The notes under the pieces are model-generated. The model saw only the letters and a list, made by a program, of their open reading frames with translations. It ran no database searches and had not been told where the DNA came from. This document shows positions 37,227 to 45,850 of a stretch of 59,281 nt of DNA, piece after piece. The position numbers were made by a program, and so were the translations under genes. The stretch covers positions 1 to 59,281 of the forward strand of contig JAKAFM010000004.1 of NCBI GenBank assembly GCA_021817905.1. Reading direction: 5' to 3'. The stretch is from a bacterium (GTDB lineage Bacteria; Patescibacteriota; Microgenomatia; UBA12405). How positions within the stretch are numbered: the stretch's first letter is position 1; each line of letters begins with the position of its first letter.

Positions 37227-40220
37227 ATGCGTACGTTTTGGTTAGTGATAATTTTTGGGATTTGGAGCGCTTTGACCTTTTATACGGGCTTTAAAAAACC
37301 GGTGTTGGCAGCGGTATGTTGTGCCAGTGATGGTACTTGTCCGGGAGGAACGACCTGTTCTAATTGTCCGGCAAATATGTCATGTGCATGTCCTGGGTAT
37401 GGAACGTGCATTGATCCTAATGCGATTCCAACTACTTCTTGTTCAACCTATGGTCAACAATGCGGGGCAAATGGGGTTCAAAGTGCCTGTTGTAGTGGTT
37501 ATATTTGTAATGCTAACACATGCCAACCTATACCTACCAGTACGCCTGTTCCTGCTGGAGTGACACCAATTTCAACAGCACCGGCCGTAACTAGCTGTTC
37601 GGGTTGGTGTACGAACGCTGGGGATACATGTCAGGCTCATGGTTTGCCGACGGCATCCGGAACATGTAGTAATGGTGGACAATGTTGTGGAACAACTACG
37701 GTGGTGCAGTCTTGTGGTACTGGCTGTTGTGATTCTACCCCGGTTAGTTATATGAACTTAACCTGCTTGACAAATACAAGTCAGTTGCGTCTTGATTGGC
37801 AGCCATCAGTTGACACCTATAGTTGTATTTCGCATGGGGTTTCGCTGGTTCATTCACCTGATTGGTGGGATCCGTTTTATTCTCAAAATTTTGCGGCTTC
37901 GGCATCAACAACAACGCTTTCTATTACTAATACGTCTGCCTATCAGGACTATACTGTTTCTACCAGCGGAACTCAGACGGGAACCAATATAAGCTGGGCA
38001 GCGTGGTATAACCCAATAACTTCCAAAAATTCTTCTCAAAATGGTGATCGATCATTTTCCTGTACGGATCGGATGGGGCGAGTAATTGATAAAAGTAATA
38101 AGGGAATCCCGGGGGTATTGTTGGATATTTATAAATGTTCAACGTCTGGATATTGCGGACAAAGTGGCACCTTAGTAACTACAGAAACAACTGATAGCAG
38201 TGGCTATTATTATGTTCCCTACGGATCAGTTTTTCCGGGGGCGATAGCGACGCGACATGCTCAAGATGCTATTAATTACGGATGGGTAGAAACAAGTTAT
38301 GCAGTGTTTCCCCACGATACTACCTGGGGGTTGGTAACACCGAGCGGAGGGACATCATACAGTGATCAGAATACAAAATATTCCGGCGGTTCATCTGACT
38401 GCGCTTACCCGTCAAGCATGGCGGCACACCCTTATTCGGGTCTATGTAACTTTACGGCTACTGTTTCGCCTCCAACTTTTACAGATTTAACTATCAACAA
38501 TGTAAACGGGACGACATCACAAGCAACCAGCGGGGTACTTCTTGATGGGGCTTTAGTAAATCCCGAAAATGTTTCCGGGGTAGGAGTCAGTGTTAATCAA
38601 ATTTGTGATAGCTCGTTTGCTAACCAAACAAATAATAGTCGAGATGTTTCATTTAGAATTAATGTATCAGACGCTACCAAGTGGCAAGATATTCAAAAAG
38701 TGGCTTTGAGAATGAGTAATGGGGGGAACTCTTTAACCGTATGGATGAATAACGTCGGGGCGGGACAGACCTCTCCGGGAGCACTAACGTTGACCATTGA
38801 TCCGGCAAGTACGACATCGATGGCTTCAAATGTATCATTTTATGGAAATAATAATCCGCCGATTATAAATGCACTTAGCTCAACCAGTGTAATGGCAGTG
38901 ATTCCGTTGCGATTTACAAAAAGCTTCCCTTCGGCCTTGTACAATTTGCAGGTTTATGCAATTGACACTAATGGGATTTTGATTCCGGGTTCGACTAGTG
39001 GGTGGGTTGATTCCGGAAGAGAGTTTAAAGTATGGAATTGCGGCGTGGCTACCCAAGGAACCATCTATGATGCTAGTGGTTCAAACAGCCTTGATGTTCA
39101 AGCATGTGCAGCTTCAGCCTTTACAACGGTTTATACCAATCCCCATAATTTAGCCAACACGCTTGATTTTGCCTGGACAGCGAATCTAGCCACCATAGTA
39201 CCAGCGACGATTACCAATAACGCATTGTATGCCACTAACTCGCCATTAACTTGGGGACAGAGTTTTCAACCGACATTTAATACCAATTTTGATTTGCCAG
39301 GACCAATCGGAAGAGTTAACGGCGGACAGGCATGCATTGGAACCGGGCCGATTAACTTGGCCGCTAAGGATGGCAGTGGGGCATATTTGGTCAACCCATA
39401 CGCTAATTTACCGACATTACAACTTGATTTTGCGGGGATACGTAATCAAGATTCCTGGTATCAAGTAGTCGGTGGTGGGGTGCAATCAGATAGGACATTA
39501 TATAATGCCGTTCCCGTTACCTGCAGTGTCAGTAACAGTACTACTCCGGGAAGCTGTATTCCGGCAGTGTCAATTAGTAGTACGGGGAATTTAAACAGTG
39601 GATTGGTCGCCGGTAAGAGTGGAATTACTAATACTAATGGCTGTAGTAGTAGTCAATGTTTTAACGGCTATCCCGACCCAGAGCGAAACTGGAGTATTAA
39701 TGGAACTAATATTTCAACCGTACCTATCATGGATTATAACAAACTTATTAGTCAGCTCTATTTTCAATCTGGGATAGGAACTACGATGATTTTTGACAGT
39801 AATCCCAGCGCCAATACCCTGGCTTGGCAAACTATTAGCGGTGATACTAATCAAGTTGTATTTGTTGATACTAAAGGTCAAGGATTACTTATTAATGCTA
39901 ATTTAGTTTTACCGGCTAATGACTACATAGTCATCATTGTTAACGGCAATGTCACCATCGACCCATCAGTATCTCGACTTGATGGTATTTATATTTCAAC
40001 TGGTGCGATTGGGGCTGCAGGTCAAAGTCCAACCGATAATCAACTGGTCATCAACGGATCATTGTTTGGCAAGACACTTTCGTTTACCAGGAGCTATACA
40101 ACGGCTTCTCTTAATAATACCCAACCGGCAGTAAAGATTAACTACCAACCGGGATACATGGTACTTTTGCCTCAGAAGGTGTTTAGAAACATAGGAGCTT
40201 GGTCACAGGGAGCGCAGTGA
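37227..40220 (+). CDS. Cassette 2 large Cys-rich secreted surface protein (putative adhesin)
   Basis: Signal peptide, Cys-rich modules, SdrD-B/prealbumin-like GRVIDKSNKGIPGV...TTDSSGYY, and the shared C-terminal domain ending AWSQGAQ. Confidence 0.8.
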   Translation: MRTFWLVIIFGIWSALTFYTGFKKPVLAAVCCASDGTCPGGTTCSNCPANMSCACPGYGTCIDPNAIPTTSCSTYGQQCGANGVQSACCSGYICNANTCQPIPTSTPVPAGVTPISTAPAVTSCSGWCTNAGDTCQAHGLPTASGTCSNGGQCCGTTTVVQSCGTGCCDSTPVSYMNLTCLTNTSQLRLDWQPSVDTYSCISHGVSLVHSPDWWDPFYSQNFAASASTTTLSITNTSAYQDYTVSTSGTQTGTNISWAAWYNPITSKNSSQNGDRSFSCTDRMGRVIDKSNKGIPGVLLDIYKCSTSGYCGQSGTLVTTETTDSSGYYYVPYGSVFPGAIATRHAQDAINYGWVETSYAVFPHDTTWGLVTPSGGTSYSDQNTKYSGGSSDCAYPSSMAAHPYSGLCNFTATVSPPTFTDLTINNVNGTTSQATSGVLLDGALVNPENVSGVGVSVNQICDSSFANQTNNSRDVSFRINVSDATKWQDIQKVALRMSNGGNSLTVWMNNVGAGQTSPGALTLTIDPASTTSMASNVSFYGNNNPPIINALSSTSVMAVIPLRFTKSFPSALYNLQVYAIDTNGILIPGSTSGWVDSGREFKVWNCGVATQGTIYDASGSNSLDVQACAASAFTTVYTNPHNLANTLDFAWTANLATIVPATITNNALYATNSPLTWGQSFQPTFNTNFDLPGPIGRVNGGQACIGTGPINLAAKDGSGAYLVNPYANLPTLQLDFAGIRNQDSWYQVVGGGVQSDRTLYNAVPVTCSVSNSTTPGSCIPAVSISSTGNLNSGLVAGKSGITNTNGCSSSQCFNGYPDPERNWSINGTNISTVPIMDYNKLISQLYFQSGIGTTMIFDSNPSANTLAWQTISGDTNQVVFVDTKGQGLLINANLVLPANDYIVIIVNGNVTIDPSVSRLDGIYISTGAIGAAGQSPTDNQLVINGSLFGKTLSFTRSYTTASLNNTQPAVKINYQPGYMVLLPQKVFRNIGAWSQGAQ
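40032..40218 (+). repeat. Near-identical 3' end of the large surface genes, copy 2
   Basis: Matches 34873-35059. Confidence 0.9.
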
Positions 40221-40230
40221 TTGTTTGATA

Positions 40231-40264
40231 TTTTCAGATTAATCTCAGTTTATAGACTTATGAT
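40231..40264 (+). promoter_or_regulatory. Direct-repeat box TTTTCAG-N4-ATCTCAG plus -10 TATGAT
   Basis: 11-bp period and 10-nt spacer, as at 14698 and 16446. Confidence 0.6.
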
Positions 40265-40295
40265 AGCTACAGGCAATTATTAGTTATCTATAAAA

Positions 40296-40730
40296 ATGAA
40301 TAAAAATATGTTGGCTGTGGTTTTGTTAGTTGTTGGACTGATTGGGGGTTTTGTTGGTGGAATGCAATACCAAAAAGGTCAAATTTCGACAAGTACGAAC
40401 GGGAACGGAGTCCAATTCCGGCGGGGGGCTGGCGGATTAGGGGCTAATGGTTTCAGAGCAACCTTGGGTACTATTTTGAATGCCGATGCGTCGACTATGA
40501 CGGTTAAGCTCCAGGATGGCAGCAGTAAAATTGTGATTCTTAATTCTAAAACTACCATCGGTAAAACGACCGAAGCAACAGCAACCGACTTGACCGCAGG
40601 ACAGACTGTCCAAGTGTTTGGAACTACTAATAGTGACGGAAGTGTGACGGCGTCAAATATTCAACTTAATCCGATTATGCGACAAAGACCAGAAGCAGGT
40701 GGGACGGTTACTCCGGCTACAAAGCTGTAA
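40296..40730 (+). CDS. Membrane-anchored DUF5666-like OB-fold protein
   Basis: TM GFVGGMQYQ, Gly-rich linker, GTILNADASTMTVKLQDGSSKIVIL...DLTAGQTVQVFGTTNSDGSVTASNIQ. Confidence 0.75.
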   Translation: MNKNMLAVVLLVVGLIGGFVGGMQYQKGQISTSTNGNGVQFRRGAGGLGANGFRATLGTILNADASTMTVKLQDGSSKIVILNSKTTIGKTTEATATDLTAGQTVQVFGTTNSDGSVTASNIQLNPIMRQRPEAGGTVTPATKL

Positions 40731-40779
40731 TCCGGGATAACTGATATGTTAACAGTGTCAGTTTGTGGTACCATATTTT

Positions 40780-41151
40780 ATGGATTACCATAAGCTGACA
40801 CCAGAGGAGGAAGCGGTCATAGTTCAACAACAGACAGAAGCCCCCTTTACAGGTGAATATAATGACTTTTGGAAGGAGGGTATCTATGTCTGTCGACGGT
40901 GTGATAATCCCCTTTTTGATTCGAAGGCTAAGTTTGAAGCAGGTTGCGGTTGGCCAAGCTTTGATCGGGAAATTAAAGGTGGCGTAAAGCGAATACCAGA
41001 TAGAGACGGTATGAGGATGGAGATACTTTGTGCTCGATGCGGCGGACATCTAGGGCACGTATTTGGAGGAGAAGGAATGACACCCCAAAATACAAGGCAC
41101 TGTGTAAATTCACTAGCAATTAAATTTATCAAAAAAAATAGTGAAAAATGA
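40780..41151 (+). CDS. msrB: Methionine-R-sulfoxide reductase
   Basis: TEAPFTG, two CxxC motifs, GCGWPSF, GHLGHVF, RHCVNS. Confidence 0.95.
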   Translation: MDYHKLTPEEEAVIVQQQTEAPFTGEYNDFWKEGIYVCRRCDNPLFDSKAKFEAGCGWPSFDREIKGGVKRIPDRDGMRMEILCARCGGHLGHVFGGEGMTPQNTRHCVNSLAIKFIKKNSEK

Positions 41152-41638
41152 TAATGAAGTCATTGTTTTAGGAGGTGGGTGTTTTTGGTGTGTGGAGGCT
41201 GTTTACCAACAGGTTACTGGAGTTGTATCAGTTGAGCCGGGTTATGCCGGAGGAACCATAGCGAACCCCAGCTATGAACAGGTATGTGGTGGAAAAACAG
41301 GACATATTGAGGTGGTTAAAATAACCTATAATTCCGCGCTTTTGTCACTTAGTACGCTACTGGAAATCTTTTGGAAAACACATGATCCGACCTCATTTGA
41401 TCGGCAAGGAAATGATGTGGGGAGCCAGTACCGAAGCGTTGTTTTTTATACCACTGAAAACCAAAAAAGGGAGGCAGAAAGGGAAAAACAAGCGATCGAT
41501 GGAGCAGTAACTGAAATTCGACCTTTGGAAATATTTTATCCAGCTGAGGCCTATCACCACGACTACTATGAACGGCACAAAAACGAACCTTATTGTCAGC
41601 TGGTGATTGCACCAAAATTACGGAAATTAGGACTTTAA
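41141..41638 (+). CDS. msrA: Methionine-S-sulfoxide reductase
   Basis: GGCFWCVE, GYAGG, HDPT, RQGNDVGSQYRS, AEAYHHDY. Confidence 0.96.
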   Translation: MKNDNEVIVLGGGCFWCVEAVYQQVTGVVSVEPGYAGGTIANPSYEQVCGGKTGHIEVVKITYNSALLSLSTLLEIFWKTHDPTSFDRQGNDVGSQYRSVVFYTTENQKREAEREKQAIDGAVTEIRPLEIFYPAEAYHHDYYERHKNEPYCQLVIAPKLRKLGL

Positions 41639-41753
41639 TCGAATTTATGATTCGCAAATACGCATTAATTGAGGTACAATATAGGAGTAGGGAGTTTTTT
41701 TTATCCAACAAGATTGAAAAGCCGCTACAGATTATTAATTATTTTAGGACCTT

Positions 41754-42107
41754 ATGGCAAAAAAATTGTATGTCGGCGGCTTGTCTTTCCAGACGACCAA
41801 TGATACTTTAGCCGCAGCATTCGCTCAGGCTGGTACCGTCGTATCCGCGGTTGTTATTATGGATAAATTCTCCGGTAAATCGAAGGGATTCGGTTTTGTG
41901 GAAATGTCAACCGACGAAGAAGCTACAGCTGCTATTGAAATGTGGAATGAGAAGGAACTCGATGGCCGTATGGTTCGAGTTAACGAAGCTCGCCCCATGG
42001 AAGATAGACCTCCTCGTCAGGACAACTATTCTCGAAGTGGATCGAGTCGTGGTTTTGGTGGTGGAAGCAACGGCGGAAGCCGCAGTGGCGGTCACAACCG
42101 TTACTAA
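41754..42107 (+). CDS. RRM-domain RNA-binding protein with Gly/Ser/Arg tail
   Basis: RNP2 LYVGGL and RNP1 KGFGFVEM. Confidence 0.95.
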   Translation: MAKKLYVGGLSFQTTNDTLAAAFAQAGTVVSAVVIMDKFSGKSKGFGFVEMSTDEEATAAIEMWNEKELDGRMVRVNEARPMEDRPPRQDNYSRSGSSRGFGGGSNGGSRSGGHNRY

Positions 42108-42123
42108 GTTTCTGTTGAAATTT

Positions 42124-42159
42124 AAAAAGTCCTCCGATGTATGTCGGGGGATTTTTTTT
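42124..42159 (+). terminator. Intrinsic terminator after the RRM gene
   Basis: AAAAAGTCCTCCGA-loop-TCGGGGGATTTTTTTT hairpin with G:U pairs and a U tract. Confidence 0.8.
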
Positions 42160-42193
42160 GGAATCAAATCAAGAACGTGTATAATTTTGGTAG

Positions 42194-42439
42194 ATGAAAA
42201 CAAAAAAAGAGGAGACTTTTCAAGTTAATGGAGAGGATTTAATTAAAAAAGTTAAGGAACTTATCAACGAGGGAAATATTCGTCAAATTTCTATTGTCGA
42301 TAAAAATGAAAAAACTTTAATCGTTTTACCGTTAACGCTCGGAGTAGTTGGTGCTATTTTAGTGCCGGCATTAGCGGCGGTGGGGGCGATTGCAGCTTTG
42401 GTAACCGAGTGCACCATTAAGGTCGAGCGAAGGGCATAA
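42194..42439 (+). CDS. DUF4342-family small protein
   Basis: EETFQVNGEDLIKKVKELINEGNIRQI...LPLTLGVVGA...ALVTECTIKVER. Confidence 0.85.
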   Translation: MKTKKEETFQVNGEDLIKKVKELINEGNIRQISIVDKNEKTLIVLPLTLGVVGAILVPALAAVGAIAALVTECTIKVERRA

Positions 42440-42497
42440 TATTTGATAAGGGCGTATAGAGCGATGATTAAGAACTTTGGATATCGTAATTGAGTAG

Positions 42498-44180
42498 TTA
42501 TAGTGTTTCGACGATTCTAAAAACAATTTTGCCATCGGGCATAGGGATTTCTCTAATTAATTTAAATTTAGTGGGGTCAGTAATGTCTTTTTTGGGGATT
42601 GATTCGTCGGTGCCAACATAGAGTACATGGCGAACTAATCGATCCTGTGGCCAGAAGATTTGCCTAAATTGGTATTTATAAAAACTATAGACAGCGACAA
42701 CTTTGTTTACGAGATCATCTTGTCGGGAAACAGTTTTGTTGTACAAATTCGGATCAAATTGCTGATAAAACAAAAAGAAAATATAAGGGTTTCCATAGAC
42801 GGCGGGTACATCGACTACCACTTTATCAAAACGATTTTGTTCGTCATGGACCGTCTCTACAACTTGCTTATAACCATATTGCCACCAACCAGCTCGCTCA
42901 ATGGGAGTGTAAATAAAATAGCTTTGGATAAAACGAGCGAAATTAATACCAATAGTAGTTACCATTACCAAAACCGTTATCAGAAGAATGGCTTTTGATC
43001 GCTTTTTTATTACCTGTAAAAATTGACTTAAGCCCCAGGCCTCAAAAATAAATAAGGGAGGGATAGCTAACAGCGACCGTATTCCATGGATTCGATCTTT
43101 GGTAATCATGGCTGGTAGTAAGCCTAAAAATAACCAAATGATTAAAAATAGATCAGTATCTTTTTTTTGACGACGGATATAAAAATAAATTGAGACAAGT
43201 AAAATTAAGAAGTCAGTAGTATATAAAATTCCAATATCAACAGCTCCATGTCGGCCTACCGGGTCACCATTGACGAATAATTCGGCCGGAGACAGGTAAG
43301 CAAAAAATTTTGAGGCGATATCAGTAAACGACAAGGCTAGTCTGGAGTGCAGGAATATGACCTTAAGTGGGCCGGAAGGATCTTTGACTAGGTTTTGAGT
43401 AGCAGCATAATCCACATCTTTAGTTGAGTAGTAAAGATAATCGGTAATAAGTGATCCGCGGGCGCGTGATGTTCCGGAAACGTTAGTAATGCCAATAATA
43501 GCCGGAAGAGCAGTGAGACATAAAACGATAATAGCAATACTATGTCCCTTGATAGATAATTTTATTTTCTTTCTGAACAATACGTAAGCCGCCAAGATTA
43601 ATAACGGTACAGATACTTTTTCGGCATGGTAGGTATAAAATGACAACATAAAAAATAGTATTGAACCGGATAACCAAGCAATTTTTTCCAAACTTAATAA
43701 AAATAAGTAGACAGCAAGTGTAAATAAAAATACCGCCATCATAGCTTCCCAACCGGCACGAGAAAAATTTATAGCCCAGGGGGAAATGGCCAACAAAAGA
43801 GCCGAGAGGAGGGCAACTAAATCTGACTTAAAAAGTTTTTTAGCAATTAAAAATACGAGGACAACGAGCAAAGTTCCAAAAAGGGCGATAGGAGCACGAA
43901 CAACCATCTCACTTAAGCCAAATATTTTTACCAGTGGGGCAAGAAAATAAACAAAGAGAGGAACTTTGTAGTCGCCAAATGATTTAAAAACCAACGGTAA
44001 AAATTGGCCATGTTCGTCGCGTAATGTTTTTTCTATAGCAAAGGCATTATAGCCAAAGGCGGTCTCGTCTCCGGTCATAGCTACCGGAACTGAAGTGATA
44101 TGATAGAATCGCAAAGAGGCTCCGAGAACAACAATAAGTATTAATAAAATAATTACTTTGTGACTAAGGACTTTTTTCAT
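42498..44180 (-). CDS. GT-C glycosyltransferase (ArnT/PMT-like)
   Basis: LRFY, DE motif (GDETAFGYNA), FKSFGDYKVP, AISPWAINFSR, many TMs. Start at the ATG at 44180. Confidence 0.88.
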   Translation of the reverse strand: MKKVLSHKVIILLILIVVLGASLRFYHITSVPVAMTGDETAFGYNAFAIEKTLRDEHGQFLPLVFKSFGDYKVPLFVYFLAPLVKIFGLSEMVVRAPIALFGTLLVVLVFLIAKKLFKSDLVALLSALLLAISPWAINFSRAGWEAMMAVFLFTLAVYLFLLSLEKIAWLSGSILFFMLSFYTYHAEKVSVPLLILAAYVLFRKKIKLSIKGHSIAIIVLCLTALPAIIGITNVSGTSRARGSLITDYLYYSTKDVDYAATQNLVKDPSGPLKVIFLHSRLALSFTDIASKFFAYLSPAELFVNGDPVGRHGAVDIGILYTTDFLILLVSIYFYIRRQKKDTDLFLIIWLFLGLLPAMITKDRIHGIRSLLAIPPLFIFEAWGLSQFLQVIKKRSKAILLITVLVMVTTIGINFARFIQSYFIYTPIERAGWWQYGYKQVVETVHDEQNRFDKVVVDVPAVYGNPYIFFLFYQQFDPNLYNKTVSRQDDLVNKVVAVYSFYKYQFRQIFWPQDRLVRHVLYVGTDESIPKKDITDPTKFKLIREIPMPDGKIVFRIVETL

Positions 44181-44181
44181 A

Positions 44182-45819
44182 TTAGCTACCGATAATTTTG
44201 AAACTAGTAGTACCATCAGGTAATGTTATGGTTTGTTTGAGCCGAAGACAAAGTAATTGATTAACTGAACAATATGCTGATTTGCCGGGATCGTAGTCTA
44301 TTAATAGGGTATGATCTAACGAACTATCCTTCTTTTCATCAATGGATCGATATTCATATTTTCCGAAACTACTGGTAGAAATAAATATGCTTCCGCCACG
44401 TTGTTTGGTCATTTGTTGATATTGATGAGGGTCAATTTTTTCGTAAAATAAGGTATAGATGTAAGGTTTAGTCGCCAAGGCGTCGGAGATGACAAGGTGA
44501 TCATATTTGCCGCTTTCTTGAGTGGCTATTTTGTTGACTTGTTGGTAGCCATAGTCCCAATCAGCCAGAGCTTGAATGGGGTAATGAACAAAATAATAAT
44601 GAAAAAATGTGGTAGCACTGGTGATTAGTAACAATAGTGAAAAGACGATTATTAGTTTAACAATGATATTACTTGACCACTTGGTTAATAGTTGGCTGAA
44701 ACCATAAGCTGTCAGTAGGTAGAAAGGGATCATACTTACGAAGAAAGTTGAGCCAAGTTGCTGTGTAATATTGGTAATTCCCGGCAAAGGTGACAAAAAA
44801 AGTATTGCCCAAAGATAATTGGCGTTTGGTTTTGTTTTTTTGATAATGAAATAACAACCAATAAAAAAACCAATTAATTCTATACTATAGAGTTTTCCAA
44901 ATGCATTGGCAAAATATCTTTCGTGTGTATCGTTACTACTAAATAAATTATAGAAGTCAAAGTCCCGCAGGTAATTTTTGGTTGTCTGGTCAACAAAAAC
45001 AACTATTTTATTTTGAAACAGTCGGGCAGAGACATTGCTGTGGGTGTAATTTCTGACATAACCCTGGAGTTGGTCGATGCGGTTGCTAAAACCGATTTCC
45101 CCATAAAAGGCCTGGTCAAAATAATATGATTTAATAGTGTTTTTTGTTAGATAACCAACTAATCCTATGGCTAAAATAAGTGTAATCAGAAAAAAGCGGT
45201 TTGATGCTTTGTTTTTTGTTTGGTGTCGAATTAAGGCTATTAAAGCTAAAGGGACACTAACTACCCACATTGAAGGGTGGGTCAACAAGAGAAGAATTTG
45301 AATAGCGAGAAGTAGCCACCATTTTCTTTTACTGTCTTCTTTAATGATTAAAATAATTATTTCAAAAAGTAATAAACAAATTGCTAAAGTTATGGGGGTA
45401 TTAGACCGTGATAACTGGACATGCCATGGCGAAATAGCAAGCAGAAATGAGGCGGTTAATGCCGAAGGTTGATTAAATAGTTTCTGGGCTAGAACATATA
45501 GCAGCCAGACTGAAAATACACCAACCAAAGCAGCAACGATTCTAATAGAAAAGGTTGATAAATCATTTATTTTTATGGAAATACCAGTTAAATATATAGG
45601 GATGGGGAGTTTGTAATCACCAAAGGATCGAAAGGTAATCGGTAAAAATTTTCCCTCTTCATCCCTGCCTGTTTTAATGATTGAATAGGCATTGTATCCA
45701 ATGGCGGCTTCATTTTCTGATAATCCCAGAGGGACTTTATCGAGTTGGTAGATTCTGAGAAAAAAGGCAAGGGCAATTATGAGTAGTAAAATCCAATTTT
45801 TTTTGATTATGGTCAGCAT
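44182..45819 (-). CDS. GT-C glycosyltransferase paralog
   Basis: LRIY, ENEAAIGYNAYSI (NE in place of DE), FRSFGDYKLP, AISPWHVQLSR. Start at the ATG at 45819. Confidence 0.85.
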   Translation of the reverse strand: MLTIIKKNWILLLIIALAFFLRIYQLDKVPLGLSENEAAIGYNAYSIIKTGRDEEGKFLPITFRSFGDYKLPIPIYLTGISIKINDLSTFSIRIVAALVGVFSVWLLYVLAQKLFNQPSALTASFLLAISPWHVQLSRSNTPITLAICLLLFEIIILIIKEDSKRKWWLLLAIQILLLLTHPSMWVVSVPLALIALIRHQTKNKASNRFFLITLILAIGLVGYLTKNTIKSYYFDQAFYGEIGFSNRIDQLQGYVRNYTHSNVSARLFQNKIVVFVDQTTKNYLRDFDFYNLFSSNDTHERYFANAFGKLYSIELIGFFIGCYFIIKKTKPNANYLWAILFLSPLPGITNITQQLGSTFFVSMIPFYLLTAYGFSQLLTKWSSNIIVKLIIVFSLLLLITSATTFFHYYFVHYPIQALADWDYGYQQVNKIATQESGKYDHLVISDALATKPYIYTLFYEKIDPHQYQQMTKQRGGSIFISTSSFGKYEYRSIDEKKDSSLDHTLLIDYDPGKSAYCSVNQLLCLRLKQTITLPDGTTSFKIIGS

Positions 45820-45850
45820 GCAACAAAATTTTGCTAACGCCTTAAATATA

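Noticed and set aside
34873-40218. Near-identical 3' repeats as the TR/VR pair of a diversity-generating retroelement
   Set aside because: No reverse transcriptase is in the window, both copies are coding gene ends, and the differences are mostly synonymous and not adenine-specific.
19662-40230. Prophage or integrative element
   Set aside because: I found no integrase, terminase, capsid, relaxase or att-like flanking repeats.
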